64,000 bases of DNA, from contig JBGSMV010000059.1 in the NCBI GenBank assembly GCA_041739995.1, forward strand, positions 1 through 64,000, read 5' to 3'. The translations under genes and the position numbers were made by a program. This DNA is from Bdellovibrionota bacterium (lineage in GTDB: Bacteria > Bdellovibrionota_C > UBA2361 > JBGSMV01). The notes under the pieces are model-generated. The model was not told where the DNA came from. It was given only the letters and a program-made list of their open reading frames with translations, and did no database searches. Of this stretch, positions 1-9,960 are shown piece by piece (position 1 is the stretch's first letter; the number at the start of each line of letters is the position of its first letter).

Positions 1-141
1 GAGCTATTCAGGAAGGACTACTTCGAGGAGCGCCCACACGGTAGCCTCAGAGACATGACCCCACTGGAAGTCGAGAATGAGTTCTATAAAAATAACAAGG
101 AAAACTTACTCAGGACTGGTACATAATTCGGGGGGAGGTCA
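1..141 (+). mobile_element. Right end of an IS3-family (IS407-group-like) insertion sequence: transposase C-terminus (1..126) plus right terminal inverted repeat ending ...GGGGGGAGGTCA
   Basis: Frame 1 reads ELFRKDYFEERPHGSLRDMTPLEVE...*, matching the IS3 OrfB C-terminal motif (DYNxxRPHSSLxxxTP). It is followed 15 bp later by a terminus whose reverse complement is TGACCTCCCCCC (IS3-type TG...CA end). Truncated by the window edge. Confidence 0.8.
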
Positions 142-596
142 TTTATGTCTAAGTAAACCAATCTTTCCCAATAATATTCGCGAGTTATAGGTTTTGAGCT
201 GTCTTTTAGTTAAAAGAGCTTGAAGTTAATTGCAGGAGTGATGTTCTTTGATGAGTTGGTGTCGCCGGCAGGAGGATGGTGCATACTTGAGAAGCTCCTC
301 TAGCGAAAATCTCAGGGCACGAACAGAACGCCCTACGTGCGGCGCTTACACAGGAGTCGAACAACGTTGCAGGGGGCAAATTGTCGCTGGTTGCCTCGGG
401 AGGCCTTAGGCTAAGCCAGGGTAGTAATTCTGTGGCTTCCTCACAATGAGCTGGAATTATTAGAGTGAGGTTGGTGGAGCCTTCGGTTGGGGGTCAGTCC
501 CCGGGCATTTTGGATGCGGTTTTCGTGTCCGGAGGAATGGTCGGGCGCTGTTTCTCCTAAGGCTGGGCGACCTACGACAAGGGGCTTCAGACGAGC

Positions 597-1541
597 ATGT
601 ATGAAAAGGGGTGGGCCAGACCTATGCGAATGATTAGGCAAATTTCAGGCAACTTAGGCGCGCTTCGTCTTCAGACGTATGCGGTCGCGTGCGCCGCGGT
701 GATGTGGATTTCGGCATTTGGTGGTTGCACCCCTGTGAGCGACTCGTATCCAACTCTCGTAAACCAGGGAATGTTGCCGCTTAGTACAACTAATCCTTAC
801 CTCGGTGCGAATCTTTTCCTGTCGACCGAGCTTCAGCATAGCAAGTACCTGTTCAACTTTTTTCACCATCGTGGTGCTCCGGTCGCCATTGAAATTGTGC
901 AGACCAGGACGAGCTCCACCAGAATATTGCTATACTACCCTCAACAGAGAGAGGTGTACGCCGCAGACCTTGTTCAAGACGAGTTGAAGCGAGAATGGGT
1001 GGTGCGTGGACCTTTCGCGATCGAGCGCCAAGATTTTCGTAACTTAGCACGCATGGATACTTCCATGACGGGCGAGCCGGTCTTCGAGCTGTATGGCAAG
1101 CCGTACCGCTTTAGGTTCCAGCGGAGTACCGAGCCTTCTCGAGCGGTTACTCCAATCATTCCTGAGGTTGCGCCAACTCCGGTGCCAGCCCCTGCTCCGA
1201 AGAAACCACGAAAAGTCATCACGGCACCGAATTCGAAAGGTGCTCAGCTCACGGTTCCTCCGGCACCGACAATAGATCTGTTTAAGCCGCTGACTTCTGA
1301 CCAGCAAGCCCTGCTAGTAGCGCGCGGGTTTGCCCGTCGCGATTCAAACGGAGATATCTTACATTCCGCTCGTGCGGGACAAACGCTAGAGGACGTCGTG
1401 AAGTGGTATACTGGATCGGGCGCTGCGCTGGAAAAGGTACGAGAAGCCAATGGGTTTGCAGCTGGTAAACAAATTGGTGTGGGCGATCAAGTGCGTATTC
1501 CTTTTGCCATGGTGAAGGAAGGCAAAGCTATGCCCGAGTAG
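597..1541 (+). CDS. Putative lipoprotein with Pro-rich linker and C-terminal LysM-like domain
   Basis: Lipobox-like AFGGC; C-terminal HSARAGQTLEDVVKWY...VREANG...IGVGDQVRIP fits the LysM pattern. Start codon uncertain. Confidence 0.7.
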   Translation: MYEKGWARPMRMIRQISGNLGALRLQTYAVACAAVMWISAFGGCTPVSDSYPTLVNQGMLPLSTTNPYLGANLFLSTELQHSKYLFNFFHHRGAPVAIEIVQTRTSSTRILLYYPQQREVYAADLVQDELKREWVVRGPFAIERQDFRNLARMDTSMTGEPVFELYGKPYRFRFQRSTEPSRAVTPIIPEVAPTPVPAPAPKKPRKVITAPNSKGAQLTVPPAPTIDLFKPLTSDQQALLVARGFARRDSNGDILHSARAGQTLEDVVKWYTGSGAALEKVREANGFAAGKQIGVGDQVRIPFAMVKEGKAMPE

Positions 1542-1548
1542 CAGTTTT

Positions 1549-3249
1549 TTATGGCGGGGGCATGGCGTTTAGCGCTTGAGTTAATGCGGCTTGGAGATCG
1601 GCGGCACCAAAATATGGCCCCGTTCCATAGCCCCCGGTCCAGAACTGAGAAACTAAGATAAGCGTGCCATCATAGTACACAAAGCCCGGGTTTCCGCTGT
1701 CGCCCGAGATTGCATTTGCTTGAACCTCCGCGGGAAAGAGCGTGGTCGACCCTCCTGCGAGTAGTGTGAACACAGACCCGATTTCTCGCGCGCTGATAGC
1801 TCGAGTTCCCCCTTGAGGAAAATGCGTATTGATTAGCGGGGACCCTATCAAGGCGCTGGTAAGTCCTTCGGATCCAAGGAGTAAGGGATAGACCGTCATG
1901 TCGGGTTCGAGACACGGTGAGATTCTTGCCACGGTGACATCTCGTGAAATTCCATAGCTGCTCAAGTTTCGTGATTCTACGATTGTAGAAGAGAACTGAG
2001 TGCCATTCTTTCGATGAAATCTAACCGTGCCGCTTCTTGGGTAATGCTGAGCAAGCGTAATGTGACAGCGCGTTATGGCGGTGCCCGCCATGTGAGCGTC
2101 CCACGCGATTCCGGAGAAATCGAAGACGCTATTGAACCATGAGTCGTTCCAGAGCGAGCTGGAGTTAGCGTTGTAGTCATCGAAGGCGGGTCTGTCGTCT
2201 GCTACATAGGAGTTCGGCGCTACTTTGACTAATTCATCTCTCATAAGAGTGATTATGGGCTTCCCTTGAGCAGAAGCGATCGATCCCAATGCGACGGTGG
2301 AAAATCGGTCAGTGAAAGTGGTAGCTCCGTTCTGGATGGTAGCCTGCACCGCAATCGAAGATTCTCTCGTGCTGCCGGGGTCACCGGTAGGATGCATGCG
2401 AAGGCGAACCTCGCCGTTGAACGTGCCCGTAGTGTCTGAGTCGGTGTGCACAATCACCACGCAGAACCGAGACACTCCCGTGGTGCAAGGAATGCCGCCT
2501 TGAGCAATCACTTCTTCGTCAGAGAGTAGCGAGATCGCGCCGTCTCCACTGATAGTTTTTTGAGAGAAGTCTACGCTTGGCAGCAGTGGGCGAATGATGA
2601 TGCGTCGCTGGGCGGTTTCGAATCTGCCACGAGTGAGGCTCACGCTTGGTTCCCCGACCTGCACGATCGGTACTCCTGTGGGGGTGGGCGTTGGAGTAAT
2701 AGTTGGCGTTGGCGACACCGTGGCGGTGGGCGTCACCACTGGGGCGGGAGGCGAAGCTTCAGGCGGTGCGGTCTCAGTTGGTTCAGGAGTTGGTGCAGGC
2801 GTCGGTGAACCGATAGCCAATGGTTTGCGCAGTAAACGAAGGGTAGATTTTAGGGAGTAGCGCTGCCCTGCTTTAGTACGGCCTGAAACTCGCACTTGAA
2901 CTGTGGTGCGTAGCGCAACGGTGAAGTCCGCGCCGATGCCTGTCGCCTTCTGTGCTGGTCTTCGCCTTCTTAGGTGCTTAACCTCCCAGTGCGCGTTTCT
3001 GACCAGGCGAGTGGCGCCTCGAAGTCGCAAACGGAGATTCGGAGTTGGGCTATTTCGAATCTGTGCACTGGTAAACCAAAGGGACTTTCCTTGGTCATTT
3101 AGTGCGAGTTTTTCTGAGTGAGCGATCACTACTGTGGAGCGGCGTTCCGCGTAAGCCGCAACGGGAGAAACGGCCGTTGCCACGAGCAGCATGGTTACCA
3201 ATCCGGTAACACCTGTAACTGCCTTAAGTGATGGCAAAAACCGCTGCAT
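1549..3249 (-). CDS. Secreted multidomain protein with Pro/Thr linker and C-terminal trypsin-like serine protease domain
   Basis: Signal peptide after MQRF (ATG 3249; ORF extends to 3321); PTPAPTPEPT linker; candidate triad TLAQHY / RDVTVARI / GDSGNP. Confidence 0.7.
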   Translation of the reverse strand: MQRFLPSLKAVTGVTGLVTMLLVATAVSPVAAYAERRSTVVIAHSEKLALNDQGKSLWFTSAQIRNSPTPNLRLRLRGATRLVRNAHWEVKHLRRRRPAQKATGIGADFTVALRTTVQVRVSGRTKAGQRYSLKSTLRLLRKPLAIGSPTPAPTPEPTETAPPEASPPAPVVTPTATVSPTPTITPTPTPTGVPIVQVGEPSVSLTRGRFETAQRRIIIRPLLPSVDFSQKTISGDGAISLLSDEEVIAQGGIPCTTGVSRFCVVIVHTDSDTTGTFNGEVRLRMHPTGDPGSTRESSIAVQATIQNGATTFTDRFSTVALGSIASAQGKPIITLMRDELVKVAPNSYVADDRPAFDDYNANSSSLWNDSWFNSVFDFSGIAWDAHMAGTAITRCHITLAQHYPRSGTVRFHRKNGTQFSSTIVESRNLSSYGISRDVTVARISPCLEPDMTVYPLLLGSEGLTSALIGSPLINTHFPQGGTRAISAREIGSVFTLLAGGSTTLFPAEVQANAISGDSGNPGFVYYDGTLILVSQFWTGGYGTGPYFGAADLQAALTQALNAMPPP

Positions 3250-3745
3250 ACCACTCCCCTGTACCCATTCCGCTTCTTGAACGACTTTGCGTCTAGCAGA
3301 GAGGGGCAAATGACGTGCCAAAGTAAGGGGTTGCGGTGCTGGAGGGATTCAAAAGCGAGAATGGGCAAGAATTTAATACGACCAGAAAAAACCGCTGGGA
3401 AACATCTTCTCAGAAGCGCCGATGCACATCAGCGCGCGAAGCAGTGGCAACGAGGGCCAAGATAGAGCACTGCTTGAGGGTGGTGCTTTCAACGCTAGTT
3501 TAAGCGCTCTCCACACTTGGTGCTTCAACGAAGAAGCTTGGAATAACTATTTCATCTGCCAAGACAGCGTAGAGATTCCTATGATTGGAGTCCTCAAGGC
3601 CTCAGATTTTATTGCCTCTGACCTTAAGGTGGGAGCGTTAACTTAGGTGGCCCAGAATCCAGAATGAATATGAATGAATATGAATACTGTGGACAAGTCA
3701 GAATATCGCGAGCAAGTACTCGCTGACCTGTAATTATCTTTGGAA

Positions 3746-3828
3746 TGCCCAGAAGAGGACTTGAACCTCCACGGACTTGCGTCCACCAGCCCCTCAAGCT
3801 GGCGTGTCTACCATTCCACCATCTGGGC
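3746..3828 (-). tRNA. tRNA-Leu(GAG)
   Basis: GCCCAGATGGTGGAATGGTAGACACGCCAGCTTGAGGGGCTGG...GGTTCAAGTCCTCTTCTGGGCA; long variable arm; downstream of secG as usual; CCA not encoded. Confidence 0.97.
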
Positions 3829-3848
3829 ACATGATATCTGAGCGAGAG

Positions 3849-3877
3849 AGACTAACTGGAGCCGGCTTTGCGATCAA
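3849..3877 (-). promoter_or_regulatory. Putative sigma70 promoter for tRNA-Leu
   Basis: TTGATC-N17-TAGTCT about 20 bp upstream of the tRNA. Confidence 0.5.
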
Positions 3878-3917
3878 GGTTCTAGGAACATTGCCCCACA
3901 AAGACCTTTCGCTCTAG

Positions 3918-4066
3918 GAGCCTGTGACACCGGCCCTGATTATGAGAGTCCGCCTTCGCTCGAAGGTACCTCTGCTGCCAATTAATTCATGGAGGCTTCC
4001 TCTTCCGCCAAGGCTAACGAGGACAAGTCGGCGGGACGTTGCCGTCTGGCCCTGTGTCACAGACTC
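3918..4066. mobile_element. Putative MITE (149 bp) with 13-bp terminal inverted repeats and CTAG direct flanks
   Basis: CTAG|GAGCCTGTGACAC ... GTGTCACAGACTC|CTAG (12/13 inverted match); internal nested palindromes; no transposase. Confidence 0.65.
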
Positions 4067-4076
4067 CTAGAAGAGT

Positions 4077-4550
4077 CTAAGGATTCGCTGCTGCTGGCGC
4101 CGCTGCCTCCTTCGAGTCAGTAGCCGCGCTTTCAGCCGGACTAGCGGCCGCTGTTTCTGGGGCAGCCTCGTCCGTAGCGACTGCTTCCGAAGCGCCGGCG
4201 GGAACTTCCGCCCCTGCTCCCTCGTCCTCGGTGACTGCCTCAGAGGTGCTAGCTGCTGCTGGCGCCTCTCCTTCAAAGACCGAACCTTGCAGAGCATCGA
4301 TAGGGGCAAGTCCAGCGACAAATTCGTCGTAATTACGAATCAGCAAAACGGAGGTGACCATGAAGAGAATACACACCCCAGCGGTCAGCTTGACGATAGT
4401 TGGAGCTGCCCCGGCAGCTCCAAAGAGAGTGTTAGATCCTCCTGAGCCGAAGGTGGCGCCCATGTCAGCCCCTTTGCCTTGCTGCACAAGTACAAGACCG
4501 ACTAGCACCAAACACAGAAAAAAATGTGCACTCAAAATTAGATAAAACAC
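4077..4550 (-). CDS. secG: Preprotein translocase subunit SecG with acidic Ala-rich C-terminal tail
   Basis: LVLVQQGKGADMGATFGSGGSNTLFGAAG motif, two TM segments, adjacent tRNA-Leu. Confidence 0.93.
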   Translation of the reverse strand: MFYLILSAHFFLCLVLVGLVLVQQGKGADMGATFGSGGSNTLFGAAGAAPTIVKLTAGVCILFMVTSVLLIRNYDEFVAGLAPIDALQGSVFEGEAPAAASTSEAVTEDEGAGAEVPAGASEAVATDEAAPETAAASPAESAATDSKEAAAPAAANP

Positions 4551-4702
4551 TGAGAGACCTCCACATCAACAAAACAAAAAATATCTTAAGGGGCATTTCT
4601 TAGGTGGCATTCCCTAAGGAGCGCTGTTCTTAAGGAGCAGACCTTCAGGATTAATTGACTATCGGGGCTGACCACCCCGCCCCCTACTTCCGAAAACAAA
4701 TC

Positions 4703-5488
4703 TCAGTTTACTATCTTCAAAGCAGGCTCGCTCGCAGCTCTGCTATCAAGAATATGAATTAACTTCAACGCAAGTTCATCAAAATACGGTTTGGCGGGCG
4801 AAGACGGGTCAGACGCAGGTGGTATTCCCTTGTCGCCGCCCTCTCTGATTCGAGGCTCCAGCGGAATACAAGCCAATAGAGGAACCCCCAGCTTCTCAGC
4901 CAGCAAAGCGCCCCCCCCTGCGCCAAAGATGTCAATGCGCTCGCCCTGTGGGGTGATAAAGCCAGACATATTCTCGACTATGCCAAGTACATCAATCTGC
5001 ACCTTCGAAAGCATGTTAATGGCCTTTCGAACGTCTGCGAGAGCTACTTCTTGTGGTGTCGTGACCACTACTGCGCCGGCGCATTTTACTAGTTGGGAAA
5101 GTGAGAGCTGAGCGTCTCCGGTGCCTGGGGGCATATCCACGATGCAATAGTCGACATCGCCCCAATTCACGTCCTGAAACATTTGGGTGAGTGCTTTGTT
5201 GAACATAGGACCACGCCAAATCACGGCGTCATCTGGGTCACGTAAGAAGAAGCCCAAGGAGATATATTTTACTCCGAACTTTACCGGTGGAATGATTTTT
5301 CCTTCGTGGTCGGTCTGAATAGCGCCTCCGCCAAAGAGCGTCGGTACGCTGGGACCATAGAAATCACTGTCGAGCAACGCCACCTTGGCGCCCTGCTGGG
5401 CCAATGCAACAGCGAGGTTGGCAGCTACGGTGCTCTTTCCTACTCCGCCCTTGCCGGAAATTACTGGAATAATCTGTTTCATCATCAA
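4703..5488 (-). CDS. mrp: Mrp/ApbC/NBP35-family P-loop ATPase
   Basis: SGKGGVGKST, IWRGPM, DMPPGTGD, VTTPQ and VENMS motifs. Confidence 0.92.
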   Translation of the reverse strand: MMMKQIIPVISGKGGVGKSTVAANLAVALAQQGAKVALLDSDFYGPSVPTLFGGGAIQTDHEGKIIPPVKFGVKYISLGFFLRDPDDAVIWRGPMFNKALTQMFQDVNWGDVDYCIVDMPPGTGDAQLSLSQLVKCAGAVVVTTPQEVALADVRKAINMLSKVQIDVLGIVENMSGFITPQGERIDIFGAGGGALLAEKLGVPLLACIPLEPRIREGGDKGIPPASDPSSPAKPYFDELALKLIHILDSRAASEPALKIVN

Positions 5489-5632
5489 TCTCTCAATTCA
5501 GTCAGAGACTTGCGCCTCCACACTGTTCATCTCGCTCGGAAGCCGAGATCTCAAAACTTCATCACTGGTCGATAACGTTGATTCCCAATATCGCCAATTC
5601 ACGGTAGCGACACAAATTCCACTCAACAATGC

Positions 5633-7564
5633 CTAAAACGAAAGATCACTGCGAACACTCGATTCTACTAGAGCGCGCGTAGTGGCAAGCTCAGGACGTT
5701 GAATCTCTTCGATTTCCGCCAATTCCTCAGCACCTTCAGCTTCCAGCGTATAGTCCTCGCCATGGTGAGCGCGCATGGCTTCTCTCAGAAGCAGTCTCCG
5801 GTCGATTCTGGAATCTACGATTTCCCAAGGCAGCACTTCGTCGAAGCCAAAGCGTCGCATCGCATAGAAATCAATCGGCGGAACCTCGGCGGCAAGTCGC
5901 TCAGAGCCTTGTTGCAGCAACCACTTCCAATCCTTGCCCTGCTGCTCGGCGGCGTACAGAAGACGAGCGACTCGTCGATCTCCACGCGAGAGCAGCGCTT
6001 GAAAATAACTTTCCTTAGGGGGCTCGAAATGTAGTTCGATATTAGGAATTCGCTTTATGGCAGCTCTGATGTGCGCGATTTTTTTGTTGAGCTCAGTCTG
6101 AGAGAGCATCGGCTCCCATTGAAAAGGAGTGTTGGCCTTGGGGATGAACGGGTTTACCGAAAGCACTACCCAAGCGGCTTTACCACTTTCTCGGGAAGCT
6201 TCAACAACTGCGCTCCGCACTTCGTTGGCGAGACTGACTAGCGCTTCTAAGTCCTGATTGGTCTCAGTCGGAAGCCCCACAATAAAATACAGCTTAAAGC
6301 CTCGAATGCCGGCCTCGGCTAAGTCGCGTGCAGCTTCGACGACTTGATTGTTAGAAACACGCTTGCCGGCTGCTCTGCGCAGTCGTTCAGAGCCTGCTTC
6401 GGGAGCAAGGGCCACCGTCTTGTATTCACTCTCGGACAGACTTGCGGCAAGCACACGATTTACTTTCTGAGACATTAAGGAACTAAGTGAAGCGCGTGCT
6501 CCGGTCTCAGCCACCTGGGATGCCAACTTTGCTATGGCTTTGTGTGACGATACTGAAGCGCCTACGAACCCCACTGCATCGCTATGCTCAAGACCAATTT
6601 TTACCGTGTCTGTAAGGCTTTCTTCGCTACGCTTTCGTACCGGACGATAGATGTATCCGGCCACACAGAAGCGGCAACCCATCTCACAGCCACGGCCAGT
6701 CTCAGTTAAAAACATGGAGCGGAACTCCGTCTCTGGAGTGAGAATTCCGGAGTATGTAGGGAATTTCGAAAGGTCTTTCACAAAGCGTCGACGCGCTTTA
6801 GGCGCAGGCAGACATTCGCTTACCGTTGGAGTGTTTGCTGTATCAGTTGGAGTGGTGCTGGCACTCGTTAATGTCGGAATGCTGCTATGCGCGAAGCCCT
6901 TTACTAAACCAGAAGATTCGTAGCTTGGCGTGTAAAACTGGGGAACATACACGCCCTCGATCGCAGCGAGTCGTGCCAAAGAATCGACTCGATTCAGTCC
7001 AGCGGCTCGCGCGTCTCTAAGAGTTGCTGCGAATTCTCCAATCCACTCTTCCGCTTCGCCAAGCATGATCACGTCAAGCACGTCGGCTACTGGTTCTGGA
7101 TTGAGCGTTACTGAGGTTCCGCCGGCCAAGATGATCGGCGCATTAAATTTTTCAGTGTCTGCATGCTGCGCGCGCGCCGCGGGGTCTAAGGAGAGCACTC
7201 CCGCGTTTGAGAGCATGCGAAATAGGTGCGGATAGTCAGTCTCGAAAGAAAGGCTAAACGCGAGGACGTCACAATCTGCCAGTGGTCGAGAAGACTCGAA
7301 CGTGCGCCAACGCTGATCGTACACCTTTGAATCGTACGGATGGTCAGGTAAAAATCCGCGCTCAATCACTACTCCGGGCGCCTGAGAAAAAAGGCGGTAT
7401 ACGGCTTGAAAGCCAAGGTTGGACATCGCCACCCAGTAGCTGTTGGGATACACCAAGTGAATACGCAGATCTCCCCCTTGTGCGACTGGTGGGTCGACAT
7501 GGGTTTCAAGGGCACGCAACCTTCTATTGTCCGCGTGTGGTTCGGAGCTACGACGACTATTCAT
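5633..7564 (-). CDS. Radical SAM protein with N-terminal B12-binding-like domain
   Basis: YPNSYWVAMSNLGFQ N-terminal motif; GRGCEMGCRFC (CxxxCxxC); LAPEAGSERLR; YFIVGLPTE; PFIPKANTPFQW. Confidence 0.88.
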   Translation of the reverse strand: MNSRRSSEPHADNRRLRALETHVDPPVAQGGDLRIHLVYPNSYWVAMSNLGFQAVYRLFSQAPGVVIERGFLPDHPYDSKVYDQRWRTFESSRPLADCDVLAFSLSFETDYPHLFRMLSNAGVLSLDPAARAQHADTEKFNAPIILAGGTSVTLNPEPVADVLDVIMLGEAEEWIGEFAATLRDARAAGLNRVDSLARLAAIEGVYVPQFYTPSYESSGLVKGFAHSSIPTLTSASTTPTDTANTPTVSECLPAPKARRRFVKDLSKFPTYSGILTPETEFRSMFLTETGRGCEMGCRFCVAGYIYRPVRKRSEESLTDTVKIGLEHSDAVGFVGASVSSHKAIAKLASQVAETGARASLSSLMSQKVNRVLAASLSESEYKTVALAPEAGSERLRRAAGKRVSNNQVVEAARDLAEAGIRGFKLYFIVGLPTETNQDLEALVSLANEVRSAVVEASRESGKAAWVVLSVNPFIPKANTPFQWEPMLSQTELNKKIAHIRAAIKRIPNIELHFEPPKESYFQALLSRGDRRVARLLYAAEQQGKDWKWLLQQGSERLAAEVPPIDFYAMRRFGFDEVLPWEIVDSRIDRRLLLREAMRAHHGEDYTLEAEGAEELAEIEEIQRPELATTRALVESSVRSDLSF

Positions 7565-7636
7565 TCAAATGCTCTATGTCACCCCAATCAAACGGGTTCT
7601 TCGTAAGGACGTGCATGATATGGGGATCTGTTGGCG

Positions 7637-8239
7637 CTAGTTCTTGCTGACTCGGGAACTGTTCGTAGTAGCTCCCTTCTGTGCTGCGGTAGCGTCTGCA
7701 GATTTCTCTGCTGACTTGCGCTTGAGCTCACTAATATTCTTCCAGTTACGAAGTTCGAGCTCGGCATCTACAGTACGAGCAGTGGCACCCAGAGTGCGTT
7801 CAGTGTTCTCATTGGGTCCAAGTCGAGCGCTAAAACTGTCGGAGCGTTCGCGTTTGCCTGCAGCGTTCATCTGCTTGACCTCCACAGATACGGTATAGGT
7901 GTCTTCAGAGTTGTTAAAAAGTTTCGCCACCCATTCGCGATCGCTGACTTTAGAGATTGAACCGGTTATCGGAGGCTTGCTGGAAGCGTCAGACTCGGAA
8001 CCCCAAGCCCCTTCAACTATCTTGGTATTGTAGCCAAAGGTCGAACTACGAGAGAGCACTCCGCTCTGTGGCAACGGAGTCGGCGTTGGAGCCTTGGCTT
8101 CTGATGTTCCGGTTTGAGCGCTTACCCACGATACGTCTGCGAGGAAAATCGCGCTGGCACTCGCCACAAAAAACATCATGACGTTAAAAAGAGATGAAGC
8201 TGCTCTCATGGAAGATCTCCCAAGATCGTTTAAATTCAA
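7637..8239 (-). CDS. Hypothetical secreted protein (beta-rich domain)
   Basis: 200-aa ORF with hydrophobic N-terminus and PTPTP linker; co-oriented with neighbours. Confidence 0.6.
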   Translation of the reverse strand: MNLNDLGRSSMRAASSLFNVMMFFVASASAIFLADVSWVSAQTGTSEAKAPTPTPLPQSGVLSRSSTFGYNTKIVEGAWGSESDASSKPPITGSISKVSDREWVAKLFNNSEDTYTVSVEVKQMNAAGKRERSDSFSARLGPNENTERTLGATARTVDAELELRNWKNISELKRKSAEKSADATAAQKGATTNSSRVSKN

Positions 8240-8346
8240 GCCCTTGCATGATAGAGATTTCCTGGTCTTTTCTCAAGCGCGCGAATTATTGCAATTTTAT
8301 GCGGTTTCTATAGGCGAATCTAGGCGAAACCGACCAGGGAGCTATC

Positions 8347-8706
8347 ATGCCGAATGTTCAAACGAAGGACTCAATAGTGGTGGTATTGAGCACCGCGCCA
8401 AATCAAGAAGTAGCTGAAATGATTGTGGGAAGCGTGCTTGATGCCAAGCTTTCAGCTTGCATCAGTTTGATTCCCGGCATCCAGTCCCATTACCTCTGGA
8501 AGGGGGAGCGCTGTTGCGAGCAAGAGGTTTTACTGTTGATGAAGACGGTCGAATCAAAGACCGAAGCACTAAGGCAACATGTTCTAAAAGTTCATCCCTA
8601 CGACACTCCTGAGTTCATCGCGCTCGATGCCGCACATGTTTCAAGTGGGTATGAAGCGTGGGTGCGGGACTGTCTTAAAGCGGAAAGGGTCGAGATCGGG
8701 TCTTGA
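8347..8706 (+). CDS. cutA: Divalent-cation tolerance protein CutA
   Basis: ACISLIPGIQSHYLWKG...EVLLLMKT...HPYDTPE. Confidence 0.93.
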   Translation: MPNVQTKDSIVVVLSTAPNQEVAEMIVGSVLDAKLSACISLIPGIQSHYLWKGERCCEQEVLLLMKTVESKTEALRQHVLKVHPYDTPEFIALDAAHVSSGYEAWVRDCLKAERVEIGS

Positions 8707-8715
8707 TATTAAGCG

Positions 8716-9192
8716 CTATCGCCGTCTCGGATCGACTATCACCGCTAGGTTTTCAGGGATTCCAGTGCAATTTGGGTCCCCGTTGCAGGTGCCGTCTACC
8801 GACGGTGCTACCGGTGCAGGTGGAACACTGACCGAACCCGAAGTAGTCCACATCTTTGAGCGCCTTGGTTTTTGGTCCTTTGGCGACACGCTTCCATCGG
8901 GGACGCTTTCTCCGGGTAGTAGCGGTGGCAAGCCAGGATTGTTGATACGATCTGGATCTGTGGTGGTGCTATCAGAGCCGGCGTTAAGGGCTGCCTGGTC
9001 GGAGCTCCATTCTGAGCCACCATCAGCGGACGCATCGGACAGACAAGGGCAGAGCGTCACGCCGAAAGCGAACGTGCTCACCATTGCAACCTTAACCAGC
9101 TTATTTAGGAGAAATTTGACAGACATAGGTGTTCCAATAATCATGTTGCCCGCCGCCCCCCGGAGTAGTTTCGCCGAGTGCGGTGACTTCAA
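8716..9192 (-). CDS. Hypothetical, possibly secreted low-complexity protein
   Basis: Hydrophobic stretch plus AxA site followed by Pro/Ser-rich region; fills the cutA-purN gap. Start uncertain and a competing antisense ORF exists. Confidence 0.4.
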   Translation of the reverse strand: MKSPHSAKLLRGAAGNMIIGTPMSVKFLLNKLVKVAMVSTFAFGVTLCPCLSDASADGGSEWSSDQAALNAGSDSTTTDPDRINNPGLPPLLPGESVPDGSVSPKDQKPRRSKMWTTSGSVSVPPAPVAPSVDGTCNGDPNCTGIPENLAVIVDPRRR

Positions 9193-9235
9193 AGGAAGAC
9201 TACCGAATTGTGATTGAGGGCAAAAGCTTTAGCTC

Positions 9236-9949
9236 ATGAGCACTAAGTCCCCAATATCAAAGTGTCAGACTTCTAAGTGCCCTGTGGTTGTGATGATCTC
9301 CGGAAGAGGATCGAACCTGCAAGCGCTGCTCGTAGCTCAGGCAAATGCTCCGTATGAGATTGTGGGGGTGGTGACCGACCGGCCTGAGGCGCAAGGCCTT
9401 GAACATGCCAGCAAATTCGGCGTCCCCGCGGTGAGTCACACACGTAGCGCCTTTGAGACCCTTCGAGCCCACAAGCAGGCGATCTATGACTCAGTCGATC
9501 GCTTTAAGCCGCGCTTTGTTGCGCTGGCTGGTTTCATGCAAATCGTGGAAAGCGAATTCGTGGAAAGCTACCGAGGGCGCCTCATTAATATCCATCCCTC
9601 GCTCCTTCCACAGTTTCCGGGACTTCATACACATGAGCGAGCAATTGAGGAGGGTACACGTCGTGCTACCGATTCGACTTTGCCGCCGATGCAACACGGG
9701 TGTAGCGTGCACTTTGTAGATGCGGAAGTGGATACTGGACCAGTGATTGCTCAAGCGAGTCTCGAAGTGCATCAGCATGACGATTCAGACTCTCTGGCTG
9801 CACGCGTGCTCGCGCTAGAGCATTCGCTATACGCCTGGGTGATTTCGCAACTTGCGATGGATAGGATTTCACTTTCGGAATCTAATATTGTCGTGCGTCA
9901 TGAGACTGCATGTCTAGAAGCCAAGAAGTTGGGATTCCTAGTTCCCTAA
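9236..9949 (+). CDS. purN: Phosphoribosylglycinamide formyltransferase
   Basis: ISGRGSNLQA, LAGFM, INIHPSLLP, GCSVHFV...DTGPVI. Confidence 0.96.
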   Translation: MSTKSPISKCQTSKCPVVVMISGRGSNLQALLVAQANAPYEIVGVVTDRPEAQGLEHASKFGVPAVSHTRSAFETLRAHKQAIYDSVDRFKPRFVALAGFMQIVESEFVESYRGRLINIHPSLLPQFPGLHTHERAIEEGTRRATDSTLPPMQHGCSVHFVDAEVDTGPVIAQASLEVHQHDDSDSLAARVLALEHSLYAWVISQLAMDRISLSESNIVVRHETACLEAKKLGFLVP

Positions 9950-9960
9950 CGGAATGGAGC

